From Ranitomeya imitator (Eukaryota): 64,000 nt of DNA. The position numbers were made by a program, and so were the translations under genes. Location: NCBI RefSeq assembly GCF_032444005.1, contig NC_091290.1:132122001-132186000 (forward strand), in the 5' to 3' direction. Position 1 is the stretch's first letter, and each line of letters opens with the position of its first letter. Shown piece by piece: positions 1 to 11,587 of this stretch. Below the pieces are notes generated by a model. The model ran no database searches. It saw only the letters and a program-made list of their open reading frames with translations, and was not told the origin of the DNA.

Positions 1-277
1 TTTACATTTACAACCGTAACCAGGGTAAACATCGGGTTAGTAAGCGCGGCCCTGTGCTTAGTAACCCGATGTTTACCCTGGTTACCAGTGACGACATCGC
101 TGAATCGGCGTCACACACGCCAATTCAGCGAAAAAATAAAGTGCTGGACTTTCCCCAGCGACCAACAATCTCCCAGCAGGGGCCTGATCGTTGGTCGCTG
201 TCACACATAACGATTTAGTTAACGATATCGTTGCTACGTCACATAAAGCAACGATATCGTTATGTGTGACGGTACCC
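1..277. mobile_element. Right part of a PIF/Harbinger-type MITE inserted in a Helitron
   Basis: Ends GTGTGACGGTACCC|TAA, the same terminus type as other TWA-TSD MITEs here. Internal palindrome with 24-bp arms at 16-39 and 62-85. Confidence 0.6.
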
Positions 278-1067
278 TAAGGGTCACTTCCGTCTGCCTG
301 TCACGGAAATCCCAAATCCCGCGTCGGGCACAGTCCGGCCGCGAATTGGCCCCTCCCTTCCCTGTCGTCAGTGCCCACATAGCGTTAAAAAGACTGTCTT
401 ACACTGCGGCATAACGCGGTGTAGGGCACTCCGTTAACGCTACCATTAACCCTCTGTGTGACCAACTTTTTACTATTGATGCTGCCTATGCAGCATCAAT
501 AGTAAAAACATATGGTATTATGTTAAAAAAAATAAAAAAAATTATATACTCACACTCCGACGGCCCCTGGATCCAGCCCAGGCCTTTCCCGCTCCTCGCA
601 CACCGCTCCGGTCCCCGGAATGCATTGCGGCAATGACCGGAGATGACGTAGCGGTCTTGCGAGACTGCTACATCATCACGTGTTATTGCCGCTTGGGATC
701 GGAGCGGCGTGCGAAGAGCAGGAAAGGCCTGGGCTGGATCCGGGGACCGTCGGAGGGTGAGTATATAACTTTTATTTTAATTCTTTTCTTTTTTTAACAG
801 GGATATGGTGCCCACATTGCTATATACTGCGTGGGCAGTGCTATATACTACGTGGGCAGTGCTATATACTACGTGGGCAGTGCTATACACTACGTGGCCG
901 GCCGCGAACAATCAGCGACAGGCGCGGGATTTAAACCACGCTTCGCTAATTGGTCGCGCCCGGCCAGCCGAATTCTTTGTATAAATTGTAATATTCTAAA
1001 ATCTTCGTAAATAAACTACATACATACTCTAGAATACCCGATGCGTTAGAATCAGGCCACCATCTAG
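278..1067 (+). mobile_element. Non-autonomous Helitron family A, copy 1 (about 4 copies of a 21-bp internal repeat)
   Basis: Shares TAAGGGTCACTTCCGTCTG and the TTTTTACTATTGATGCTGC..GCAGCATCAATAGTAAAAA hairpin with the copy at 7005. 3' end has the CCCGAT..ATC(A)GG hairpin then CCACCATCTAG|T. Confidence 0.8.
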
Positions 1068-1129
1068 TGTAATGAATAAAGATTTACAACTAGAATATTT
1101 CATTCAGTGATATCTAGGATGTGGGATTT

Positions 1130-1440
1130 TAGTGTTCCCTTTGTTTTTTGAGCAGTGTATTTCAAGCTTGGCTATGGCCTGGTATAGGATCCTAATTTCT
1201 CCCCAATGGCAGCTATCGAGGTTGGGGAGGAGGAAAAGAAGGAGGATTGGGCATGTTGGATTTTGATATGACCCATCCTTTATTCCAAAAGAGGTTAGGC
1301 TTATATTATCTCTTCCCACTGAAATCAACATGCATGGTAAGGAGCTGATGGGATGGAACAACCAAGCGCTCCTAGGGCTGACGGTAGTCAGGTGTAATGC
1401 CAGCTTCATCCCATAAAAGCAGCAGTAAACTGTGATATAT
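1130..1440 (+). mobile_element. Decayed L1/Tx1-like ORF2 fragment
   Basis: One frame reads GGKEGGLGMLDF, resembling the KxxGGLGxxD motif downstream of L1/Tx1 RT; flanked by stops. Confidence 0.35.
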
Positions 1441-1868
1441 GGCACTGCATGGCTTTATTCCCCAGAGCAAAAAGTGGCCAAACTGGCATGAGAAATGAAA
1501 AACACCCAGGAGCGCACTCTACATGTCATACGAAACCCCCCCACCCAAAAAAACCAAAAAACTGTACATGTCCTGTTCACAATGAAGCATTTTGGATGTC
1601 GTTTCCCACTCCATCTGGTGCATTGGGATCACACAGTATTAATTCTTTGAGTCATGGTAAAAAAAAAAAAAAAACTCTTGTGGTTTGATTGAAGAGAACA
1701 ATTACTACATCACTAATAGAAAGTTCAGCTCATAACTGCAATTTCTTTAACTTTTCACTTCTTGGAAAGTTTTACTTATAAAGTGCAGGCTGTAGATCAA
1801 AGCAGCACTATTGTGACCGATGTTCGGAAGTTACTGTTAATGGAACTTGTCTAAAATGGGTCTGTTAA

Positions 1869-2295
1869 AGGGAAACTGTCAGCAGGTTTTGTCTTTTAAT
1901 CTGAGAGCAGCATAATGTAGGGGAAGAGACACTGATTCCAGGGATATGTCACTTGCTCAGCGGCTTGATGTAGTTTCAATACAATCAGTGTTTCATCAGT
2001 AGGAGATCACTAGAGGACTAGGTGACATGTGCCAGGCAGTCCAGCTAATCTGCGTAATCCCGCCCTCCACCATCGACTGGCTGCTTTCTGTGCAGTCAGC
2101 CAATCAGTGGTGTGGGTGTGGTTATACACAGCTCAGCAATCAGATCACGGTGACACCCACAGCAAAGAAAAACAGGGATTCTATCAAAACTACAGCAAGC
2201 AGCCCAATAAGTGATACATCGCTGGAATCAGACTCTTTGTCCCTACATCATGCTGCTTTTAGATTTCACAGCAAAAACCTGCTGACAGATTCCCT
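1869..2295. mobile_element. TTAA-target MITE (Kolobok/T2-like)
   Basis: TTAA|AGGGAAACTGTCAGCAGGTTTT ... AAAACCTGCTGACAGATTCCCT|TTAA; 22-bp TIR with 1 mismatch. Confidence 0.8.
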
Positions 2296-2899
2296 TTAAG
2301 GAATTTCACAGCAGCATAAAATTCAGTTCCATTTTTTTGTGGGGGGCGGCAGGTCTTTCATGCTACAATTTTTTTTGCATGTCACATACAATTTAGGATT
2401 TGTGACACTAAACAGGCAGTAAAACATACACGTTGCATATGAGCTGCCGTCACATATGACTTGAGATCGCTAACAAAATGACGGGTGGGGAGGGGGCAGT
2501 ATCAGAGGATACCCAAAATGAAAACTGACAACTTATTTCTAAGCCATAAACACATTTTGACCTTTTGTCACTTTCCTTCTTGCCTAAACTTGGCAGATCA
2601 TACAAAGTGTCGAGGGTGTCAATGGGCAAAAAAAAAAAAAGCAATGACAAATAAACGTTCCCATGGCAAACCCGTGACAAAAGCAGTGTATACATAATTA
2701 CCGCAGGGCAGGACTGTGCCTATAATATCAATGGAAGGTACAAGTCTGCTGCAGGGATGAAGTAGGATGATGAATGTCAATGCTAGCAGACCAGCAATTG
2801 TTCCACATTTGTTGGTATATTATTTTCTACAGAGGAAAAATACACATTTTTTTTTTTTAGATAGAAATGCATAGATCCACTCTCAGAGCTTTTTCAGGT

Positions 2900-3311
2900 G
2901 GGTTGTGGAGCAGTATTTTTCTATATAATCTGAGAGCAGCATAATATAGGGCAAGAGACCCCGATTCTGGTGATGTGTCACTTACTGAGCTGCTTGGTGT
3001 ACTTTTGATAGAATCCCTGTTTTGTCTGATGTAGATGTAGCAGAGGCAGAGCTATGACTTCCAGGCTGTGTATAACCCCGCCCACACTGCTGATTGGCAG
3101 CGTATACTGTGAACTGCCAATCAGTGGTGGGGGCGGAGTTACACAGACTAGTCTGCACGTGAGATGAAGTCCTTTACTGTTAATCTCCTGCTGATAAAAG
3201 ACTAATTGTAGTATTGCAACCACAATACACAGCCTTATAAGTGAAACATCCCTGGAATCAGACACGGGTACCCTATACTATGCTGCTCTGAATATATAGC
3301 AGATTCCCTTT
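2900..3311. mobile_element. Degenerate copy of the same TTAA MITE family, largely opposite orientation
   Basis: Shares AATCTGAGAGCAGCATAAT and CTGATTCCAG motifs; right end AGATTCCCT|TTAA; left end eroded. Confidence 0.55.
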
Positions 3312-3920
3312 AAAAGTTACTGACTGATCTATCAGATTAAATACTATCTAGAGAGTAATGGTAAGGGCTCATCCAGATGTCCACTTTTTTTCCATTAACG
3401 TTTGGTGCAAAAAAAAAAAAAAATTATATATATTATATTTATATTTTATGGAAATTTCTTGAACGGTTCATGAAATATGGACTGGGAATGTGATTTATTT
3501 ATTTATTTTAAAGGGGCCCATAGCCTTGGATTAAAGTTGGACACCTTTAGGTTCTTCTGCAATATGTGAACAGCTCCCTAGACTATAGCGAGTGCGTGTC
3601 CTATCCGTGAAGGGCCCAGAACAAGTAGGCGAAACACGGACGTCTAAATGGAGCCAGAGTTGTATAATGAGCCAAAGCTCAAATCGCAGTGAATTCCCAG
3701 CTTCATTGCTGTATTCTGTGCAGATTCCGGCTGATCCACAATGAATGCGCTCCGGCTTTGTAGTGATGAAGTGGCAGTGATCCGTGCACAGGAACATAAA
3801 TGACACAATCATCTGGGACATCATGAGCTTTTGCAGGTGCATTAACAAAGGAGCCTGTGCCGCATAGCTACACATGGCCAAACACACGCGACAATGGCCC
3901 CAAGAGGCCTCTATAGGAAG

Positions 3921-3972
3921 CCTCACATGTAAAACGCCATGGGATAAATGGCGCTAATATAATAATAATAAT
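3921..3972 (+). mobile_element. About 50-bp 3' tip of the L2 LINE
   Basis: CCTCACATGTAAAACGCCATGGGATAAATGGCGCT-(AAT)n matches the 3' end of the L2 near 13010-13080. Confidence 0.65.
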
Positions 3973-5565
3973 AAAAAAGGCTGCAAGAAAATCAGATACA
4001 AGTGGGATTGGGTTTTGAAGACCCCAATCACTTGTCCCGTATGTGTTGCTTTTTTTGTTCGCAAAATACGTAAAAAATAATCGGATTTAATTTTTTTGGT
4101 GCATTTTTTACTTTTTTTTTTAGTACAGAAAACATTTGATTTTGCACTTAAAAGTGCAACTAGCTAAAGACAAAAAAAAATAAAATAATAATTGGAGTTC
4201 AATCAAATATATATATAAACATTTTCATAAAGTTTCATCCACGTTACTTAAATGCACCAGATTTTCTGCACAAAGAGCGCGGTATTTACGCTACATGTGA
4301 ACGTGGCCGAGAGACTGATACAATGGATTCTCGGTACAGATTTTGGGGCCGAAAAATCCTGGCGTCCACCGAATATTAAAGAAACGTTATCCACATTATA
4401 CTGAAAAAGAAACTTGTGCTGCAGAATTTACATTTATAGAAAGTTGTTTAATGCCGCAGAATTTTTTTTTTTTGCAAAATTTTACCCTTTGAAATACACG
4501 GGGCGAAATCTGCGGGAAAATACGCTTTGTATTAGGCCGGGTTGGGAGAGGCATACTATAACTTGGGCCAGTTGGTAAAATTTCATTGACACTGTGCGGG
4601 AGAAGAATCTGCAGGGTAAATTGACCAGAACTGCAGATGTACCAGGCGCATGGCAACTTTTCCTACAGACATGATCTTGGATTTCATCTTTTGCAAATCC
4701 ACAGCAAATCCCATAAAAAGGATTCCTGTAGACATCGTTTTTCACTTATGCAAAGAAAATGGGCTGAGTGTGCATGGGTTATTTGGGGGTCAATTTTCTT
4801 TACCATCTGTGATTTCCACTTACAGAAAAATAAAAGTGTTATCCGAGCATGCTCGAGTGTCTTCGGCGTGCTCGAAAAATATGTTCTAGTCCCCGCGGCT
4901 GCATGTCTCGCCATCCACTTTGCTAGTATTACGCCAAGTGTGAACTCGGCCTAAGGTAAGTCCAAACTGTAGACCGATATAATCAGTCCCGTTCATTCAG
5001 GATAATTTTTTCCCCCTCTTGCAGAGAGAACTTGAATTTTGCAAATCCCCATTTAGCTGAATAGGAAGTTTTTTTTTTTTTTCACAATAGATCCGTCACG
5101 TGTGAATTCACCAAAATTTATTCGAAGGAAGAAAAAGAGTTAAAGTGGAGGTGTGAGACAATGGTGATGTCAAGCTCTCAGATGATCCTCATGATAATGA
5201 AGCTCAGTTTCACAAGCAGCTCAATTACCCCCAGGCCAATTATTGTTATTTTATGGATTACTGGTTGAATTCAAGCCTTTGCCTGCAGAGTGATGCATCA
5301 GCTGGGACAGACATTCCTGAGTAGTGAGCCTACACACCAGTCTATGTATGAGGCCGAAACCTCAGCACCGAAAATACAGCGGACATGCCCTGCACCCTGC
5401 CTGTCCTCATCCACTGCGGATATCTATTATCTCATGCAAATGTATTCTCCCATTGGGAAAATCTTAAGGACTATTGCGATTATCTGGCATCACGCTGCCG
5501 AATCTTCCCGGAGAGCAATGGCATACTGTAAGAATCCAATTAATTATCCACCACGGTGCTCCTTA

Positions 5566-5680
5566 GGCCGGGATCACACATACGCGAGATACGGCCGAGT
5601 CATTTATCACCCACTCCTGGTTTGGGCTTACAAATACTGATGTAAAATACTGACCGGATACTGCTAGTGTGACGGCAGCC
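5566..5680. mobile_element. Small PIF/Harbinger-type MITE
   Basis: TTA|GGCCGGGATCACAC ... GTGTGACGGCAGCC|TTA. Confidence 0.55.
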
Positions 5681-5686
5681 TTAGTC

Positions 5687-6900
5687 TATACACTTCTGAC
5701 AACATGTCTCTGAAGTTCCAAGCAATACATTTTGTATTTATTTTCTGAAAATGAGAAATGGTCAAAATAGCAAAAAAAAAAAAATGCATCGCTTGCATAC
5801 CTCAAATAATGCACAAAACAAAAAAACAAGTTCATAATCATTTAGAAACAACAATACTAAAGTTTTAACTCAGGAAGAGTTCAGAAATCAATATTTTGTG
5901 GAATAACCATGATTTTTAATCTCAGCTTTCATGCGTCTTGGCATGCTTTCCACCAGTCTTTCACACTGCTTTTGGGTGACCTTATGCCACTCCTGGTACA
6001 CACATATAAGCAGTTCTTCTTTGTTTGATAGCTTGTGACTATCCATCGTCCTCTTGATTACATTCCAGAGGTTTTCAGTGGGGTTCAGGTCTGGAGATTG
6101 GGCCATGACAGGGATTTGATGTGCTGGTCCTTCATCCACACCTTGATTGACCTCGCTGTGTGGCATGGCGCATTGTCCTGCTGGAAAAAACTAGTCCTCA
6201 GAATCAACTGTTTATACAGGATAACCTTGCATGCGGCTTGATTCATACGTCCTTCGCAAAGATTAACCTGCCCAATTCCAGCCTTGCTGAAGCATCCCCA
6301 GATCAACACCTGAGGACTGGTTGTTCCAGCAGGACAATGCACCATGCCACATAACTAGGTCAATCAAGGTGTGGATGAAGGACCACCACATCCAATCCCT
6401 GTCATGGCCCTGTCTCCAGACCTGGACCCCACTCTAAACCTCTCGAATGTAATCAAGCCATCAAACAAAGAAGAACTGCTTAAATGTTAGTACCAGGAGT
6501 GACATAAAGTCACCCAAACGCAGTGTGAAAGACTGGTGGAAAGCATGCGAAGACGTATGAAAGCTGTGACTAAAAATCATGGTTATTCCGCAAAATATTG
6601 ATTTCTAAACTTTTCCTGAGTTAAAACATTATTGTTGTTTCTAAATGATGATGATCTTTTTTTTTTGCATTACTTGAGGTCTGCAAGCAATGTATTTTTT
6701 TGCGGTTGTTATTTTGACCATTTCTCATTTTCAAAAAATAAATACAAAATGTATTGCTTGGAACTTCGGAAACATGTTGGCAGTAGTTTATAAAATAAAA
6801 GAACAATTTATATTTTACTCAAAAATATACCTATAGAGAGAAAGATTAAACAAACTGAAAATTTTGCAGTGGTCTCTTATTTCTTGCCAGGCCAGAGCTG
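5687..6900. mobile_element. Tc1/mariner remnant made of two inverted 3' halves
   Basis: Minus half: IWGCFS, FQQDNAPCH, SPDLNPTENLW, SMPRRM..GYSTKY. Plus half from about 6311: FQQDNAPCH...GYSAKY* and TIR ending GCCAGAGCTG|TA. Both have stops or frameshifts. Confidence 0.85.
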
Positions 6901-6917
6901 TAATAAATAATATATGT

Positions 6918-6919
<2 letters not shown>

Positions 6920-7001
<82 letters not shown>
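6920..7001. repeat. (GT)n microsatellite, about 41 units
   Basis: Directly visible; abuts the Helitron 5' end. Confidence 0.95.
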
Positions 7002-7004
<3 letters not shown>

Positions 7005-7005
<1 letters not shown>

Positions 7006-8390
7006 CTACTATATAATTGTCTAAGGGTCACTTCCGTCTGTCCTTCTGTCTGTCACAGTTATTCATTCGCTGATTGGTCTCGCCAGCTGCCTGTCATGGC
7101 TGCCGCGACCAATCAGCGACGGGCACAGTCTGGAAGAAAATGGCCGCTCCTTACTCCCCGCAGTCAGTGCCTGTCACCCGCATGCTCCCCTCCGGTCACC
7201 GCTAATACAGGGTTAATGCTGGCGGTAACGGACTGCGTTATGCCGCGGGTAACGCACTCCGTTACTGCCGCTATTAACCCTGTGTGTCCCCAACTTTTTA
7301 CTATTGATGCTGCCTATGCGGCATCAATAGTAAAAAATGTAATGTTTAAAATAATAATAATAAAAAAAACCTGCTATGCTCACCCTCCGTTGCAGCTCGC
7401 GCCGGCCGCCATCTTCCGTTGCAGGTTCCGGTGGCAGAAGGACCTGCCATGACGTCACGGTCATGTGACCGCGACGTCATCACAGGTCCTGCGCTCATAC
7501 CAAACCTGGGACCGGAACCTGCTGTGGACTACAGAGGGCCCTCGGAAAGGTCAGTATATGTTTATTTTTTCACCTGTGACAAACCTGGCTGGGCAATATA
7601 CTACGTAGCTGGGCAATATACTACGTGACTGGCCAATATACTACGTGGCTCTGTGCTGTATACTACGTCACTGGGCAATATACTACGTCACTGGGCAATA
7701 TACTACGTGGCTCTGTGCAATATACTACGTGGCTCTGTGCTGTATACTACTTCGCTGTGCAATATACAACGTGGCTGTGCAATATACTACGTGGCTGGGC
7801 AATATACCACGTGGCTGCGCAATATACTACGTGTCTGGCCAATATATTACGTTACTGGGCAATATACTACATGGCGTGACTGGGCAATATACTACGTGGC
7901 TGGCCAATATATTACGTCACTGGACAATATACTACGTGGCTGGGCAATATACTACGTGGCTGGGCAATATACTACGTGGCTGGGCAATATACTACATGGC
8001 TGGGCAATATACTACGTCGCTGGGCAATATACTACGTGGCTGGGCAATATACTACGTGGCTGGGCAACATACTACGTGGCTGGGCAATATACTACGTCAC
8101 TAGGCAATATACTACGTCACTAGGCAATATACTATGTGGCTGGGCAATATACTACGTCACTAGGCAATATACTACGTCACTAGGCAATATACTATGTGGC
8201 TGGGCAATATACTACGTCACTAGGCAATATACTACGTGTCTGGCCAATATATTACGTCACTGGGCAATATACTACATGGCGTGACTGGGCAATATACTAC
8301 GTGGCTGGCCAATATATTACGTCACTGGACAATATACTACGTGGCTGGCCAATATATTACGTCACTGGGCAATATACTACGTGGCGTGGC
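7005..8390 (+). mobile_element. Helitron family A, copy 2 (3' end missing; about 40 copies of the 20-bp repeat at 7586-8385)
   Basis: Starts A|TCTACTATATAA (Helitron 5' TC); internal hairpin as in copy 1; array unit CTACGTGGCTGGGCAATATA; no CTAG terminus seen. Confidence 0.8.
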
Positions 8391-8797
8391 AATATTATAT
8401 TATATATATTAATCTGGAAAAATTTATAATTTTTCATCCACAGATTTATTATTTGTTGATGTGTAAAAATGAATACATTTACAAGCCGAAACACAGTTTC
8501 CATGTTAAGAATGGCAATGTATCTGTAAAAATGGGATGCTGTACGACTGATCCATATAGGATTTGATTTTTTTCCCCAGAAAAGACAAGTCTAATTTGAA
8601 CGACTAGTGCAAGCTGTGATTTTTTTTTTTTCACAAGAACAAAAAAATATTAAAACACAATAATAATATCTGAACAGTCCTGACATGTGAAAAAAAAATA
8701 TTTGGGCCAATGTTGTTCCATCACATATTCCCCCCCTCCACCCCTAAATACAGTCAAGTAAACATAGGCACAATTCAGGTTAAAATTTCCAGTGTTA

Positions 8798-9170
8798 GGC
8801 TATGTGCACACGTTGCAGATTAAGAATTTCTGGTGCGGATTCTGCCTCTCCTGGCAGAAAACGCACCTGCAGTTCCGTAGCGCTTTTTGTGCGGTTCCGC
8901 ATAGTTTTTTGTGCGTTTTTGCTGCGGTTTTTACCCATGCGGTTTTCTATAATGGAATGGGTACAAAAACGCTGCAGATTCACAAAAAAGAAGTGACATG
9001 CTACTTCTTTTAAACCGCAGCGTTTCCGCAGCGGATTTTCCCCAAAGTGTGCACATTTTTTTTTCTCATTGATTTACATTGTACTGTAAATCAATTGCGG
9101 ATCTGCAGAGTTTCTGCACCTCAAAAAATGCTGCGGATCCGCAGAGAATCCGCAACATGTGCACATAGCC
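8798..9170. mobile_element. PIF/Harbinger-type MITE
   Basis: TTA|GGCTATGTGCACACGTTGC ... GCAACATGTGCACATAGCC|TTA; 19-bp TIR with 1 mismatch. Confidence 0.8.
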
Positions 9171-9602
9171 TTAAACTACAACCCCCAGCATCCATTCCCC
9201 CTTTGACAGTCTAGAAGTACAAGTCCCAGTAAACAATTTTGCAAAGGGTCTGCATATTTTTTTCTCTCCAGCTAATGTGGAACTACATATCCCAGCATCT
9301 CCCATCAACAAATACTTGGACAAGCATTCACATACTGGATGATATCAGCCATTCCTAGAAGAAGACAGCGGACACTGACTTGGGCAATAGACCTCAGTGA
9401 CCATTGTACAGACCTACAGGAGGACCTGACTATGGGGGACACTGCATGGATGTAACAAATACTAAACATAAACAATAAATAGTAACTTTTGAGTTGTACA
9501 GTAAATAGTAAAACAACCCCTGAGTACAGGAGATCCTATAATGGCAGGGTCACTGTATGTTGTCAGTGTGCCAGCAGCAATGGAGGCTTTGGTGGTCCTT
9601 AC

Positions 9603-9666
9603 CTGCCAGGAGAGCCAGGGGCAGTAGGACCCAGAATAAAGCCCCACACAGGACCTGCAGCTCCAT
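9603..9666 (-). CDS. PIEZO1: PIEZO1 first coding exon (64 nt, MELQVLCGALFWVLLPLALLA-); rest of the gene lies left of the window, so 1-9602 is intron 1
   Basis: Minus strand reads GTGACC-ATG...CTG GCA G|GTAAGG (Kozak-like context, consensus donor). Peptide resembles the PIEZO1 N-terminus (human MEPHVLGAVLYWLLLPCALLAA, from memory). Head-to-head with CDT1 as in the known vertebrate gene order. Confidence 0.85.
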
Positions 9667-10534
9667 GGTCACACTTCAGCAAGTAAATAACGTCCAGTCC
9701 CACGTGGAGGATCAGCACAGGAAGGTGTGGGGGCCCTGTCAGGCCATGTGTCATTCAGGACCAAGTCCCCATCCAAGTGCTGGTGCCCAGTGCAGCCTGT
9801 GTGGCACATGGAGGACAGGTCAGCACAGCAGCACACCTCCAGGGCAGCAGCAGCACCTCCTCCTTTTCTTCAGATCTGATGAGGATCCTCCAAGTAGTTG
9901 TGCAACTTCTGAGTCTTGTCCTAGTCACTCCCCCTGAGTTATTCAGCATGGGGGCTCCCCCTCTACAGGTCTCACTAACTCACTCACAGCCTTTATACAG
10001 GACCAGTCTCCTCCCTTAGCATTTCCTACCTACTTCCTTCCAAATAAAGCCTCTGGCAACACCCAAATAACAGTCCCAGCCCTGCAGGGTGAGGGGTGTA
10101 GGGGGGCACTGCCCTGTGAGCAGGATCCCCCACCAGTGCCAGGCTCTGCCCCACTCCCCACCCTCTGCTGCTGTCATCACACACAGTATGGAATTACCAG
10201 AGTGCTGCCAGCATGTGCTCTACTGCAATCAGATGGCATCCCCCACTCGGTGCCACCTGCTGAGCCATCTCTGCCTCCCCAAGTCCAGTCTTCATTGCTT
10301 TGCCAGTCTTCCTCCTTTCTGACTCTGCTACAGATGCCCAGGCATGCAGTGTCACCAGGATACCTTGCTACCAGCTGCTGCTGCTGTCTGAGTCTTTCCC
10401 CATGCGTCACCGGCTGTGTGCACTTCTTGGCTTCAGCTAGGCAGTTTTGTGCTTGTTTTTTTTTTTTTCTTTCACTTTGTTTTTTTCTATCATTTCATGC
10501 CCCCCAAAAAAGCATAAAAAAAAAGTTTGCAAGC

Positions 10535-10549
10535 AGCGCCCCCTAGTGT
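10535..10549 (-). promoter_or_regulatory. CTCF core motif upstream of PIEZO1 exon 1
   Basis: Reverse complement ACACTAGGGGGCGCT closely matches the CTCF consensus CCACYAGRKGGCRS. Confidence 0.55.
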
Positions 10550-11587
10550 CCACCTATTTGTATGTCACGCCTGCTGCAATAGCACAGAGCTGTGCTGTGC
10601 AGGGTGTTCAGCTGTGATAACAATATCTAGTCCATACGTAATGTATTTAACTCTTAAGACACGTCAACGATTCAGAATTACAAAATTGAAACTTTTGCAA
10701 CTTTCTAATTTGCTTTGTGCTTAAGGTCTTCACTATTTCACAACCTCCCTGTTATCAGTCAGTAAATGGTAACTTGTTTGTTCACCCCCAGAGGTCAGAA
10801 ATGTGTGGAAACCCAATAAGGGCTTGTTCAGACGAGTATATAGGCCAGCGGACAGCACAGTGACCTAATACTAACTGGTGGTTTGTGTGACAATAAAGAA
10901 ATCGCCCCGTTTTAAGGACCATGAGCTGCACCCACAGCCAGTCCTCCATACCGGAATTTTAGTAAAGCCGTGTGAACCCGGCCTCAATGTAAGATCAAGA
11001 GAGTGGCACAAGGTAAACCGACCAAGAGGTGGTGTAAAGTTAGGCCGAAGTGAATGCAACAAATTGCCCATCAAATATAAGACAAGGTGATATATTTTGT
11101 GACCGTTAAAGGGAATCTGCCATCCTAAGCCGTCTATATGGTCATGTAGGTCATATGAAGCTGAATAAAATGATACCCTGATATCTGAAATCCGATCTTT
11201 TATTCCAGAGAAATTTGTGTTTTTCTTAATATGTATGAGCTGTTAAGATCTCTGGGCAGGACATAGATCTTCCCAAGAATCTGTCTCCCGAGTTTGTTTT
11301 ATAAGAAAGGAGACATTACCAGCGTCAGATATGTAGATCAGAAGAGGAGACTGTCAGTCATGACTTGTCTCACCCTGGTAACGACCCCTTTCATATAAAA
11401 TAAGCTCTGGATACAGATTCTCAGGGAGATCTATGTCCGGCCCAGAGATCCTAACATCTCATTTACATATTAGGAAAAACGTGGATTTCTCTTGAAGACG
11501 ACAACGGATTTCAGATATCAAGGTATCATTTTATTTAATTTTTAAAGACCTGAATGACCATGTAAAGAGCTTAGGAGGGTTGATCTC

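Noticed and set aside
5310-5370. Hammerhead-like CTGAGTAGTGAGCCT...AGGCCGAAAC (and a similar motif at 3605-3640)
   Set aside because: The CUGANGA core and stem II closing pair are not canonical; unsupported without a covariance-model search.
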